Part shown: in pieces, positions 52,201-64,000 of the stretch
Position numbering within the stretch: position 1 is the first letter of the stretch
Layout: every line of letters starts with the position of its first letter
Source: Squalus acanthias
Taxonomy: Eukaryota
Direction of reading: 5' to 3'
DNA: 64,000 nucleotides
Assembly (NCBI GenBank): GCA_030390025.1
Contig: CM059432.1
Location: 63,118,001 to 63,182,000, forward strand
Translations under genes and position numbers: made by a program
The notes under the pieces: model-generated
Seen by the model: the letters and a program-made list of their open reading frames with translations, nothing else
What the model was told of the DNA's origin: nothing
Databases searched by the model: none

Positions 52201-55085
52201 TAAACCTCTGCTTTTTTAGAAGAAGAAAAGAATAGTGGAGCCTGAACATCGCATGATAAGGGGACTGCTGACTGCAGCTCAACAAGGCCGCAAATGCTTG
52301 ACAGCAAAAATAAAACATGAGTCAAGGAATTAATGCAACAAATCAAATTCTGATCAAATTCGGCAACAATATGTCCCTTATAAAAAAAAAATAATTTATG
52401 GTACTTCTAGAACATACAATTTGAGGAAAACCTTTATGTAAGTAATTTTTCTCATTCTGTGCGACTCATTTACTTGTCCATTTTTGAAAGGAAAGAAGAG
52501 TAAATAATTAGCAAATGGTAGAGCAAACTAAACTAACAGATACCTGGCAGATAAAGGTGGAATCCAGGCACAGAATTTTTACTTTTGATAAATCAATGTT
52601 TAAATCTCTGCTTTATTTTATATTACTGAATGCATTGTTTGATTCTTTACGAGTACTTTGGTTTTTTAAAATAATTTTCAAACCATGTTCAAGATATTCA
52701 GCAATATTTTCTGCTAACACTGATTCATTATCAACTCGGTTTATTCAGTAAATGCAAAAAAAAACCAGTAACTACTGAGCTTTCCTTACTTTATACAGAG
52801 GGGTGTTGAAGATGAACAATGGGACGTTCAAGCAGTCATGCAGTCACAAGCAAGCATGTGAGGCCAACAGCTTTTGAATGAAAGTCATTTTTCTCTAGTC
52901 TGCTGATTTGGAATAAAGACTCCATTGCTTAATATCAAAAATATATATAAGCAACAGCCCCAAATACAGCAACAAGGAGATGCTCTTTAAGAGATGCTGG
53001 TTGGCCATTATCCCTTTTTATGCTGGATTTTATTTATTTTTTGAGGATGACACTCCCTTTTTCTGAACTTCTTTCACCTCTACCTCTTTTCTGTATGTCC
53101 TGTGCCACATGTCATCCTTGGCCACATAACCTGCCCCCAGTCCTCCACCAATACTGCGCTAAAACCAGCCGCTAGGAGGTGCACGAGACTGGTCGCAATG
53201 TACACTTTAATGTACAATGTACACAGATTGCGGGTTAGCAGTAGAAACCACCCGATTTTCATACTGTTGATTTCAATAATTTTCAGATGACATTTGCCGA
53301 CTTTTGCTTTTTACTTAAATATTCTCTACACGTTCTGATACCAAAACAAGATTTAAAAAAATAAAGAATCAGAGAAAACACAAAAAACATAGAAGACCAA
53401 AAACCAGTGCTAAAAGCATATAGCACAAATAAAAAAAATACAAAGATCCTTTATCTCTTTAAGAACTCGATTATGCATGGAGCTCCCATTTTGCTTACTC
53501 CTGATGGTTGAGCAGAGCTCACAGTGCAATCCTATACTTAAAGGAGACAAATTACATTAGGGACCATTTCCATGTTTTGTGAAAATTTTATTATGAGTTA
53601 AGTGCTTGCATATTTTACATGAAGATTGTGTGCTGTCCTAATTGAATGGAGATTGTTGTTCCAAGTTTAGAGTCTTGCCTTGGATATTGTCTTAGGTTTG
53701 GGGGAACCGGTCCCTCCTGTAAGCTCTCTGAGCATCTTACATTTAGGGTGTTTCTGCACTGTCCACTATCTAACTATATGATAGCATAATCCAGGGGTGT
53801 AGCATTAATGTTCCCTTACATTCTGAACTGGATATTCATATCTTTCAACCATGTATGTCTTTAATCTCTTCAACATAGACGAGAAAACACTTGGTAAGAC
53901 ACAGCCTGATATACTAGATGTGCTTTATTTCACAGTGAGTGAGCATACAGTTCAACAATTATGGTTAGATTTACTTAGCTCAAATAGTACAGCTTGTCTT
54001 CATGTAATAATACAAAATGATGAATATGCTATGCGTCCCCATATCAATGGGTTATCTAGCTTAACAGAATGGCTTAGAAATTGAATCATGAAGCACCCGT
54101 TGTTCGCCTGAAGGTTGAATATGGTGTGTGCTGTGCGGCGCATGCCATATTGGTTAGGGCGCCCTGTAGTCATCCAGGGCACCCATCTGAAACTGGCGTT
54201 AGGCTCATTGCGTACGCAAATCGATGGCCTAATGCTTATTTCAGGCCCCTTTACAAAATTGGTTCTCGACTGACCGCAACATGCGGCGTGCAAACTGCAG
54301 TCAGTTTTCTCAGGTGAAAAGCAGCCAAACTAGCAGTCTTTAAAAGAACCACTGGTGGTTGCCAGCAAAACAGTAAGTAATGTTTTATTTACCTGAATGT
54401 GGAGCCAGGAGTAGCAGGAGTGCTTCTCCTGGCTCCATATTAAACCTGCGGGCCACTACTGGCCACTGCTCGTCCCTCCTCCCGATTTCCTTCCCCCCCT
54501 GGCCCGACACACCATAGGTCGGGTACCGGCATCCCCCCCCCCAGCTCTTCTTCATTTCTTCACGACTGACGCACTGCCATTTGAGGTACGACTGGTGTTC
54601 CCAGCATGCTAGTCGCACCCTAATGACACAAGAGGACCAATTTGGTTCTTCTGTCGGTCAGTTTCAGCGCGGTGGTTCACGGTTGTCATTGGGATTGTGC
54701 CGGTAACTTTTAACGACCTTCCAGCATTTTCCTTCTGAATCTGGCCAAAGCTTGCTCTCACAGCTTTCTGCTTAAAACTTAACTGACTTCACAGCCATTG
54801 CTGTACCTGACTGACTGTCTAGAGGGTATTTTAACACCCAGGTGGGGCGTGCAGGCTGCCCTCCCCCGCGGGAGCTGCAGTTGGAGGCCCAGTCCATTTA
54901 ACAGCCGAGCCTCATTAACATACCACTGGCCAGCTACCCGCTGAATGTGGGGTTTTTTGCCTCTCCCAGGAGATTACATGGTTCTGGGTAGGTAGGATGT
55001 GTTTGTATCATGATGCATAAGGCATCACAACTATATAGGACAGGCTAGATGGACCAGCTGGACTTTTCCTGTCCAACATTTTAAT

Positions 55086-55846
55086 GGCCCAGAAATTTGG
55101 CTCCCTGGCTTCCCGCGGGTGCAAGGATCCCGCGCGCACCTACCTACCGCGCCTGCCGTTGACCTCTGGGCCCACGGGGACTTCAGCTCATGGGCCTCCT
55201 GCAGCTGCCGGCGCGCAGTGCTTGTGTATCCCAGGGGCGTAGTTAGTGCGATGCGTCCCCTGGGATCACGTGGGCCATGGAGAGCCAATGGCAGCAGACC
55301 ATCTTTCATTCATAGATTTGACAGGAAGCTGTCAAATCTATGAATTGAAATCGGCCCCAAAACAACACCTAAACTTCAAATAAATTAAAAAAAACATCAC
55401 ATTTTTAAAATAACTATAAGTTAAATAAATTAACTACTTTAAACAAAAATTTTAATTTTTGAAAAAATTAAAATACTTTTTAACAATGCTAAAAATAAAC
55501 TTACCTTTCTTTAAAGTATCTAAAAAAAATAAACCTGTTGAAATTTTTTTTAAACTGTAATTAATTAACCGCTTACCTTGTTAAAAACGGGTCCTGCACC
55601 TCCTTTTTAAAAGCGCAGCTTCTTCCATTCTTACCTTCCCGGAGAAACCTGAAAAAAAACCTAAGTTCGCTGCGTGTGCGCAGCCTCTCCCACGCACGCG
55701 GTTCACCTCTAAACCCCTCCCTTCACGAGACCGGAAGTTCCGGTTTCCCGCGCATGCGCAGTGCATGCAGGAAACCGGCACTTCAGGAGGCCTTACGGGT
55801 GAGTACACAGCGCGTACTCACCCGGCAAGTGCCGAATTTTTGGCCC
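55086..55846. mobile_element. Harbinger-type MITE (family D)
   Basis: GGCCCAGAAATT...AATTTTTGGCCC, TSD AAT. Confidence 0.8.
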
Positions 55847-55904
55847 AATATATTTGGGATGAATTGCAGTGTGCAGTCTAATGTTGGTTTTGAACTTTAA
55901 TGAC

Positions 55905-56065
55905 CAAAAAGGGAATTGGATATATACTTGAAAAGGAAAAATTTGCAGGACTATAGGAAAAGAGTAGGGGAGTGGGACTAATTGGATAGCTCCTTCAAAG
56001 AGCCGGCACAGGCACAATGGGCTGAATGGCCTCCTTCTGTGCTGCAGTATTCTATAATTCTATGA
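55905..56065 (+). mobile_element. CR1 3' tail
   Basis: GGGAATTGGATA...GAATGGCCTCCTTCTGTGCTG...TTCTAT repeats. Confidence 0.85.
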
Positions 56066-56874
56066 TAATCAGTTTAAGGTCAAATATGTATATGTAATTC
56101 ATCTCTGACCATCTATTATTTGATTTACATTGTGTGATGTATATGCAGAGCGCTGAATACAGTGAGTTCTGAAAAAGCAAATAAGAATTCCCAATAATAC
56201 TTGTTTTTAACCGAAACTGCTCTTATTAGAATCCTGGGCATGTTTTGGTTGCTCCAAAAAAAAAATTGGCATTGAACTATCAGTTATGTTACACATAAAA
56301 ATGAAAAAGAAACGTTATTTTTCTATTTGGCAGGTAGATGATAGTGGGAAAACCCAGCACACAGCCAAATGAGTTAATGAGTTATGCTGATACACCAGCT
56401 TATTTTCAGCATTTAAGAATAAGCCACTGAACACATTCTGAGGTTTGTGTTATGGTTTGTAGTAGTCATTGTGTGTGAGGTAATTTATAATCTCTACAGA
56501 TATAAGCAACTAGGCAGACTTGTAATCAAGACAAGCTACATCTAACGGAAATAAAATGTGATTGAAATGATTTGGGGAAAAGTACATCCATCGAACAAAA
56601 TTTGACTTAAAGGAAAAGTCAGAAACATTTGAAAATCCATTATAGTGAACTAGAGCACTAAACCCTGAAAACCAGAGCATGGGATGCCAACAGTGTTGCC
56701 ACACTAAGATTTACTGCACTGTACGACGGGATGAACATTCACTCTAGCAGTTCCCCAAATAATTAAAAAAAGTGGGAATAGAAAGAGCCCACAGGGAAAC
56801 TTCATCCCTGTGTCATTATAACTCGGTTCTAGTTAGATGGCACTGTTCAGGAAAGGGAACAATATCTACATTAT

Positions 56875-57975
56875 CACTTCCCCATCTCACTAGCCACCCC
56901 TCACACTCACCCTCATCCTACTGCAAGCATACCAACTAATAACACACAAGGGTAGGCACTTGGGTGGTTTAGCCAATGTTCATGTGAAGTTTCTGGTAAT
57001 GTGCTGTCAAACATTGAAATCTTTATTTTCAACACTTTGCGTTCTTGGACAGATTTGTGCGCACCTTCGGAAGTGGCTTAGTGAGTTGCAGTGAATGGTG
57101 AGACAGAAGGGTACCCCCACACCCCCCACCCCCGCAATTGTGATGAGTGTGAAAGGAATGGCTTGGGCATTGTAAGGATGCATTATGGTGCTGGAGTAGG
57201 GTGGTGCCAACCTGGCAGCCACGGTGTACAACGTCAAGTGAAGTAAATCTGGACATGGTGAGGCCATCGCTGGCGTCTCGGGCAGCAATGTGCTCGGGTG
57301 CTGATGGCCTGTGTCCTGTGCAGCATCAGGTTATTGCGGAGAAGGTTGGTGGTGTTGTTGGTGCTGCTGGTGTGCCTGATGATGTTGGTGTTGGGGCTGA
57401 TCGTGGTGGGATTCTGAGGACCAAGGTGAGATTTTTTCAAGGGCACCGATGTTGCTGGAATAAATGGCAGTTGAAGTTGAGATGACAGAAGCGATCTGTC
57501 AATGGTGAGAGAGGTTGCTCCAAGGAGGTGACACTGGATAGAGAGTTTACTCCAAACACTTCCAAACTGCATACAGCTCAAAAGTGGGTGCCAAATCATG
57601 AAGGCTCCAGCTGTGAAATGGTAGGTTTTATCGCACTTTGCAGCTTTCACCTATTCACATCCATGGAGAGTCATTGAGAACTCGACATACTTACCTGACG
57701 TGATACCCGCTCTCCGGGAACCTCGTTAAAAACCTGGTAAAATGGTAAGTACATGGGAAAATGGTGCTTAACTACCTTTTAACAAGCTTTTAAGTATCTA
57801 AATTGGCTGACCCACCGCTTGGTGTTGGGTCTGTTCAGGGATGACAGACCCGACACTTGGGAAACTGGCAAGGAGGCGGGTTTACAGAGGGATACCGACC
57901 CGCTGTCAATCTTTGTGATTTTGACAGCGGACCTGCCTCCAAACCCACACTCTGAATGCCGGTAAAATTCCGGCC
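56875..57975. mobile_element. Harbinger family C partial copy
   Basis: Inverted homolog of ~20380-21430; ends AAAATTCCGGCC. Confidence 0.75.
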
Positions 57976-57989
57976 ACATTGTGAGGGGA

Positions 57990-58620
57990 AGATGGAGAAA
58001 ATAGAAACCCTGAAACAGGTGGCGAGGATGGCCACTAGATTAAGAGAATTGGAGTTTTTACTTTGAAAAAGCATGGACTTCGAGGAGATATAATTGAGGT
58101 CGTTAAAATAATGAAAAGATTTGACTTTGGATAGGCTAGTTGAGCTAGAAATGTTAGAAAGGACCATGGGATGTATGTATAAGTTATGAAAGGATAGAAC
58201 GAGGTTAAATGCTAGGAGGTACTTCTTTTTGTACTGTTGTTGACCTCTGGAATAAGTTGCCGGCATATGCAGTGATTGTGGATTCGCTGCAAACCTTCCA
58301 GAGGGAACTGGATGAGTTCCTGAGAGTGGCAAACATATCTACATATAGAAGGTAGATGGTTCATTCGGAAATGTGTCATCCAGTCACTATGCTGTCCTGT
58401 AACCTGCTTGTCTGCCTTCGTGGTGGAGGGAGATGAATTTCCCAGAATTATTTCCTAAATTGGCTTGTATTTTTTTCTCATTTTTTGCCTCTTCCAGGAG
58501 ATTGCATTGCTGTGTGTGTGAGTGGGGGGAATAAGGGACATGGTGAGATTGTGTGGAAGTGGCACCATGCCAGATGGGACAAGCTGTATGGGCCAGCTGG
58601 TCTTTTCCTGTCAATCTTGT
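57990..58620 (+). mobile_element. Old CR1-like 3' fragment with long 3' UTR
   Basis: Degenerate LRGD.IEV coding remnant; tail GGGCCAGCTGGTCTTTTCCTGTC. Confidence 0.6.
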
Positions 58621-60254
58621 ACATTCGTAACACACAGGATGGACTCCCAGTAAAATACTAAATGCGAAAACCCTAGAATAATTTAAGAACCAATTGGATG
58701 CTACAGTGGTGGGACTCATCTCAGTATTCTGGTGCTCATCTCTGAATTGCCTGTAGATGAAACTTGTGATGACCAGCAAAATAATTCTTCTTAACTGCGG
58801 CTGATCTTGTTGGGTTTTTAGTTAGTCTGTTGGCTAATAGTGGAATTTTTGCCACGGCAAGGAAAATAAAACTATGCTGGTTTGTTTCCAGCATATTATA
58901 ATAAGTGATTATTATAATTCTATGATACCACAAATCTTTATTAGTTCTTAGAATCACTTCAAGTAGAGTTTCCCAGTCACACTGGGAGTTGTATATATTG
59001 GCCTTTCCATCAAAGCTGCCAAGAAATACATCAGGGTCAATGGCAAAGTAATTCAATCCATCTCCCCCCACCCCCCATACATGATATTTTGCCAGCCCCC
59101 CTGTACTCTTGATGTATGACATTTTGACCCACCTTCCCCTTCCTGTCAGTAATCTCAGCAAAATTAAATAGGGAGGTTTTATCATTGGCGTGATAAGCTA
59201 TTTTACCAGTATTTTAGACAAGTGATACTTATTGAAGATAGAGAACACACAGCTCTCATCCTATGCTCATTACACAAATATAAAAATTAAAGCCCCAGCT
59301 TAGTTTTACAGAAAACAGGATAAATTACATACATTATTAGACTGCAAAAACGATATCAAATCTTTCTCACCACCATTCTATTGCTTTATTCAGATTTTAT
59401 CAGATTAACCAGCATCACCAGTATAATGTTGAACTCTCCAGGAGGATGTCCCATTCATCTCCTCGTGCAGCCTGATGGGTTTGTGAAAATACAGTCAGAA
59501 GCAATTGATTATGATAGGATTCATGAAACTTGTAACACATATTGTGATGAGTGGCCAAAAGAAAATGCTGAAAAAAATTAAAATAAAGGATTAGTAGTGT
59601 GGGCAAGAAACGTTTTCTCCACTTTAGACGTTTCTTAAGGAATCAGAAGCAATAAATGAAGACAATATTATTTGCAATTTTTTGTACCTATCACTACAGC
59701 TATAAATATGAGCCAGCTTGTACACAGATAATAAATGAGCAAAAACATCACAAATACTTACAGCTCTAAATGAATAAACGCAGAAATACTGTAGAAGCTG
59801 TGGGCTCATTACATTTATCAAATTCAATTTTATTGTTTGTTCTTTGCTGTGGGGGATTTTAAAACTGCCCGTATGTTTGTTATATATTGTAGACATTATA
59901 AACTCCACACATTTTCTTTATCTAAGCTGCTCTTTGAAGGCAGTTGATCCTGAACTGTAAACCCACTGATTTCTCAGTTTACAGCTGTTTTGGGATGGTT
60001 TCCAGTATATTAACATCATTTGCATGCAACTTACTGGCATGTAAATGACATTTGTCTGCAACATTTATAGAGGCCCAAACCAATGACATCAACTGAAATA
60101 CAATTTGACTGATTTATACACAAATGTTCCATGTAAATTCAACATGCGTACAAACAAGTTTCCCTAGGGACTACCCTAGTCTCTCTTCGTCCATGTTGAT
60201 CAATCTGTGGGTGGATTGATTTCCCAGTTTATAATACCTTAGCTGCCCAGATAG

Positions 60255-60560
60255 GCTTAAAGAGCTGGATATGTATATTTAGAGCAATGTAGACTCAAAG
60301 CCGATTTGCTCGAAGTTTACGAAATAATGACGAGTTTGTGTTTACATGGACAAATTATTTCAACTGGATAGGTTAGGGAGGACCAGGGGTCACACTCACA
60401 AGTTACGTAAGGGCAGAACCAGGTTGGATGTTAGGTGGCTCTTCTTTCCCCAGAGAATAGTAGACCTGTTGAACAGGTTGCTGGCTCGTGCGGTGAATAC
60501 TGATTCACTGCTTTACTACAAGCGAGAGCTGGACCAGTTTCTGGCTGTGGTGGAGATATT
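60255..60560 (+). mobile_element. Old CR1-like fragment
   Basis: RTRGHTHKLRK.RTRLDVR..FFPQRIVDL. Confidence 0.7.
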
Positions 60561-60963
60561 GGCCCAGAAATTGATCTCGCTCTGTTCCCGCGGGGGTAAG
60601 GCTTTCCCGCGATCTCTCACCTCGCTTGTGCTTTTTCAGATCCAGCTCGCACGAACTTCATGTTCTAGAGATCAGCTGGGCAGTGCTTGCGTATCCCAGC
60701 GGCGTAGTGAATTCGTGCGAGCTGTGGGATCACGTGACTCAGTTAGACCCAATGGCAGCACACCATCTTCCATTCATAAGTTTCACAGCACCCTGTGAAA
60801 TCTATGAATCTTACACCCCCCCAAAATAATAGCTAAACCTCAATTAAATTAAAAAAAACCATCACATTAATAAAATAAGTCTAGTTAATTAAATTAACCA
60901 TTTTAAATAAAAAATTAAATTTTTGAAAAAATTTAAAATCTTTTAAAAAGTTATCAAGCCACC

Positions 60964-62631
60964 GTGTCCAAGACTGTCACTGACCTCATCTCCTCTGGAG
61001 ATCTTCCCCCCACGGCCGCCAACCTCATAGTTCCCCAACCCCGCACAGCCCGCTTCTACCTCCTTCCCAAGATCCACAAACAGGACTGCCCCGGTAGACC
61101 CATCGTTTCAGCCTGTTCTTGCCCCACGGAACTTATCTCTTCCTATCTCGACTCTATTTTTTCTCCCCTTGTCCAGTCTCTTCCCACCTACATCCGCGAC
61201 TCTTCCGATGCCCTCCGCCATTTTAACAGTTTCCAGTTTCCCGGCCCCAACCGTCTCCTCTTCACTATGGACGTACAATCCCTCTACACCTCCATTCCCC
61301 ACCAGGATGGCCTGAGGGCGCTCCGCTTCTTCCTTGAACAGAGGCCCAACCAGTCCCCATCCACCACCACCCTCCTCCGCCTGGCTGAACTTGTTCTCAC
61401 ATTGAACAACTTCTCCTTTGACTCGACCCATTTCCTCCAAATTAAAGGTGTTGCTATGGGTACCCGCATGGGTCCTAGCTATGCCTGCCTTTTCGTGGGA
61501 TATGTGGAACACTCTTTGTTCCAGTCCTACTCAGGTCCCCTCCCTCACCTCTTTTTCCGGTACATTGATGACTGTATCGGTGCCGTCTCCTGCTCTCGCC
61601 CTGAACTAGAACATTTCATTCACTATGCTTCCAATTTCCACCCTTCCCTCACCTTCACATGGTCCATCTCCGACTCTTCCCTTCCCTTCCTCGACTTCTC
61701 CATCTCCATCTCTGGGGATAGGTTATTGACTAACATTCACTACAAGCCCACCGACTCCCACAGCTACCTGGACTACACTTCCTCCCACCCCGCCTCCTGT
61801 AAGGACTCTATTCCATTCTCCCAGTTTCTCCGTCTCCGCCGCATCTGCTCTGATGATGCCACCTTCCATACCAGTGCTTCCGACATGTCTTCCTTTTTCC
61901 TCAACCGAGGATTCCCCTCTACCGTGGTCGACACGGCCCTCGACCGTGTCCGTTCTATCTCCCGCACATCTGCCCTCACCCCTGCCCCTCCCTCCCGGAA
62001 CCACGATAGGGTTCCCCTTGTCCTCACCTTTCACCCCACCAGCCTCCACATTCAACGGATCATCCTCCGCCATTTCCGCCACCTCCAGCGTGATCCCACC
62101 ACCAAACACATCTTCCCCTCACCTCCCCTTTCAGCATTCCGTAGGGACCGCTCCCTCCGCGACACCCTAGTCCACTCCTCTACCACCCCCAGCACCCCTT
62201 CCCCTTCGCCCGGCACCTTCCCGTGCACGCGCAGGAGATGCAACACATGCCCTTATACCTCCCCTCTTCCCACTGTCCAGGGCCCCAAACACCCCTTCCA
62301 GGTGAAACAGCGATTTACTTGTACTTCCTGCAATTTAGTATACTGTATTCGCTGCTCACGATGTGGACTCCTCTACATTGGGGAGACCAAACGCAGATTG
62401 GGTGACCGCTTTGCGGAACACCTCCGTTCAGTCCGTAAGGGGGACCCCGAGCTCCCGGTGGCCTGTCACTTTAATTCACCGCTTCACTCCCACTCTGACC
62501 TCACCGTCCTCGGCCTATTACACTGTTCCACAGAAGCTCAGCGTAAGCTCGAGGAACAGCACCTCATCTTTCGTTTAGGCACGCTACAGCCCTCTGGACT
62601 CAATATCGAGTTCAACAATTTTAGATCATAA
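60964..62631 (+). CDS. Penelope-like RT + Cys-rich linker + GIY-YIG endonuclease (N-terminally truncated, uninterrupted, 555 aa)
   Basis: LPKIHK, GRPIVS, MDVQSLYTSI, GVAMG, RYIDD, CTRRRCNTC, VYCIRC..C...YIGET.R.L..RF.EH, P.GLN. Confidence 0.9.
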   Translation: MSKTVTDLISSGDLPPTAANLIVPQPRTARFYLLPKIHKQDCPGRPIVSACSCPTELISSYLDSIFSPLVQSLPTYIRDSSDALRHFNSFQFPGPNRLLFTMDVQSLYTSIPHQDGLRALRFFLEQRPNQSPSTTTLLRLAELVLTLNNFSFDSTHFLQIKGVAMGTRMGPSYACLFVGYVEHSLFQSYSGPLPHLFFRYIDDCIGAVSCSRPELEHFIHYASNFHPSLTFTWSISDSSLPFLDFSISISGDRLLTNIHYKPTDSHSYLDYTSSHPASCKDSIPFSQFLRLRRICSDDATFHTSASDMSSFFLNRGFPSTVVDTALDRVRSISRTSALTPAPPSRNHDRVPLVLTFHPTSLHIQRIILRHFRHLQRDPTTKHIFPSPPLSAFRRDRSLRDTLVHSSTTPSTPSPSPGTFPCTRRRCNTCPYTSPLPTVQGPKHPFQVKQRFTCTSCNLVYCIRCSRCGLLYIGETKRRLGDRFAEHLRSVRKGDPELPVACHFNSPLHSHSDLTVLGLLHCSTEAQRKLEEQHLIFRLGTLQPSGLNIEFNNFRS

Positions 62632-62909
62632 CCTCAGCTCCAATCACATTTATATTTTATTTTATCCACCCTTTTATTTGTCCCCCCCACCTTTTTTTTT
62701 TCCTCCTAGAAGCTGGCAGCTGTCCTTCATTCTGCCAGTGGATTTCACACTTCATTCAGCCTTAATCTGTCACATTAACACCACCTCTAGCCTTGCATAT
62801 CTCTTAATGTCTCTTAATGTCTCTTCATCTTCCCCTTTGTTCCTTTATCCCCTCCCCCTTTTCCCAGCTTTACCCTGGCCTTAAATCTATTTGATTTCCG
62901 GCTCTTCCC

Positions 62910-62946
62910 AGTTCTGATGAAAGGTCATCGACCTGAAACGTTAACT
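62910..62946 (+). ncRNA. Minimal hammerhead-ribozyme-like motif in Penelope pLTR
   Basis: AGTT-CTGATGA-A-AGGTC ATC GACCT-GAAA-CGTT-AACT. Confidence 0.7.
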
Positions 62947-63406
62947 CTCTTTCTCTCTCCACGGATGCTGCCTGGCCTGCTGAGTTTTTCCAGCGTTTTC
63001 TGTTGTTATATATAAAAATAAACTTACCTGTCTTTAAAGTCTCTAAAAAAGATATACCTGTAAAAAAAAATTCAAAAAAATACTTAATTCACTACTTACC
63101 TTCTTAAAAGCGGGTCTTACTCTTCCTTTTTACTTTTCCAAAATCTTCCGTACTTACCTGCGCGTCCAAAGCATGAAGTGCACAGCGTGCGCGCAGCCTG
63201 TAGCGCGCACGCGATGCACCGAGGACCCGCCCCCTTTTCAGAAGAGCAATTGCCGGTTTTCAGCGCATGCGCAGGGCATGCAGAAAACCGGCAATTGCAG
63301 TGGGAATAAGCGAGAGTACGCAGTGCGTACTCTCGCGTCCCGGGATCAATTTTCGGCCCATTGTCATGCAAGAGATAGTTACCCTGTAATATAAGTCAGG
63401 GTCAAT

Positions 63407-64000
63407 GGCCACAATTTCGCCTACCTATGCGGGTCCGGTGAGGCCGGGGTCGGTGGTGGGGTGCGACCCTGCTGCTGGCTCCATCCCGCTCTGTGAAATG
63501 AATTTTACGCTGATTGGGCTTGTTAAGCCCGCCCAGCACGTTTCCCGGCCAATTAGAGAGAGCGGGTCTGATGATGTCACTTGATGAAGCATCATCAGCC
63601 AGTTTCCTTAAAGGGACCATACACAAATTGATTTTGACAGGTCTGGTGTCAGTGTTCTACAGCATTGAGGTGCTGCAAACACTGACAAGCACTGCACAGA
63701 GGTGCACGGCTGCACCCAGGCTCTCCCAGGACTCACTCCATATGCTTATGGAGGGTGTCATAGCACGCAGGCAGGTCCTCTTCCCTTGCCATGGGCGGAA
63801 GAGACCTCCTCAGGAGATCAGCACAGCCTGGTTGCACATTGCACAGGAGGGCACAAGCAGGGATGTCATCAGGAGGATCAGGCTGCAGTGGCACAAACCT
63901 TTCAATGATCTCAGTAGATCACGAAACGTTACTGCAAAGCCACAGTCAATCTCATCCTGCTGTGCCACTCATCACATCTCCATCACTCTGCCTTCCCTAC
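63407..64000. mobile_element. Harbinger family C copy with Myb-like remnant; runs off the window
   Basis: Inverted homolog of ~21505-22086; begins GGCCACAATTTCGCC. Confidence 0.8.

Larger units (their letters stand above)
60951..63010 (+). mobile_element. Penelope-like (Neptune-type) retroelement, 5'-truncated
   Basis: RT + GIY-YIG ORF followed by a pLTR with a hammerhead-like motif. Confidence 0.93.
60561..63359. mobile_element. Harbinger-type MITE (family D) hosting a Penelope insertion
   Basis: GGCCCAGAAATTGATC...GATCAATTTTCGGCCC, TSD ATT; homologous to 55086-55846. Confidence 0.8.

Noticed and set aside
58736..59185. 149-aa minus-strand ORF
   Set aside because: No recognisable motif or convincing splice signals; likely chance
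59404..59581. Possible terminal exon after ttttatcag
   Set aside because: No recognisable product
61108..62246. Antisense and alternative-frame ORFs over Penelope
   Set aside because: Shadow ORFs of C-rich TE coding sequence

Overview
Eukaryotic, repeat-dense genomic DNA. The repeat set (CR1, L2, Neptune-type Penelope, a Deu-domain SINE, many Harbinger MITEs) suggests a cartilaginous fish; this is inferred from family recognition, not from a search. No host protein-coding gene could be identified. Content: CR1, L2 and a second CR1/L2-group LINE family; one 5'-truncated Penelope-like element with an uninterrupted RT + GIY-YIG ORF (60964-62631); a decayed Gypsy inside a decayed hAT; a solo LTR; Harbinger transposase and Myb-like remnants; several MITEs with 3-bp TSDs. 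Most notable: (1) three short fold-back Penelope-type insertions with TSDs, carrying minimal hammerhead-ribozyme-like cores with a compensatory stem-I change; (2) a 78 x 30-bp minisatellite expanded out of CR1 ORF2 sequence, leaving long ORFs on both strands; (3) two four-level nested TE stacks resolvable by TSDs. Boundaries of old fragments are approximate.
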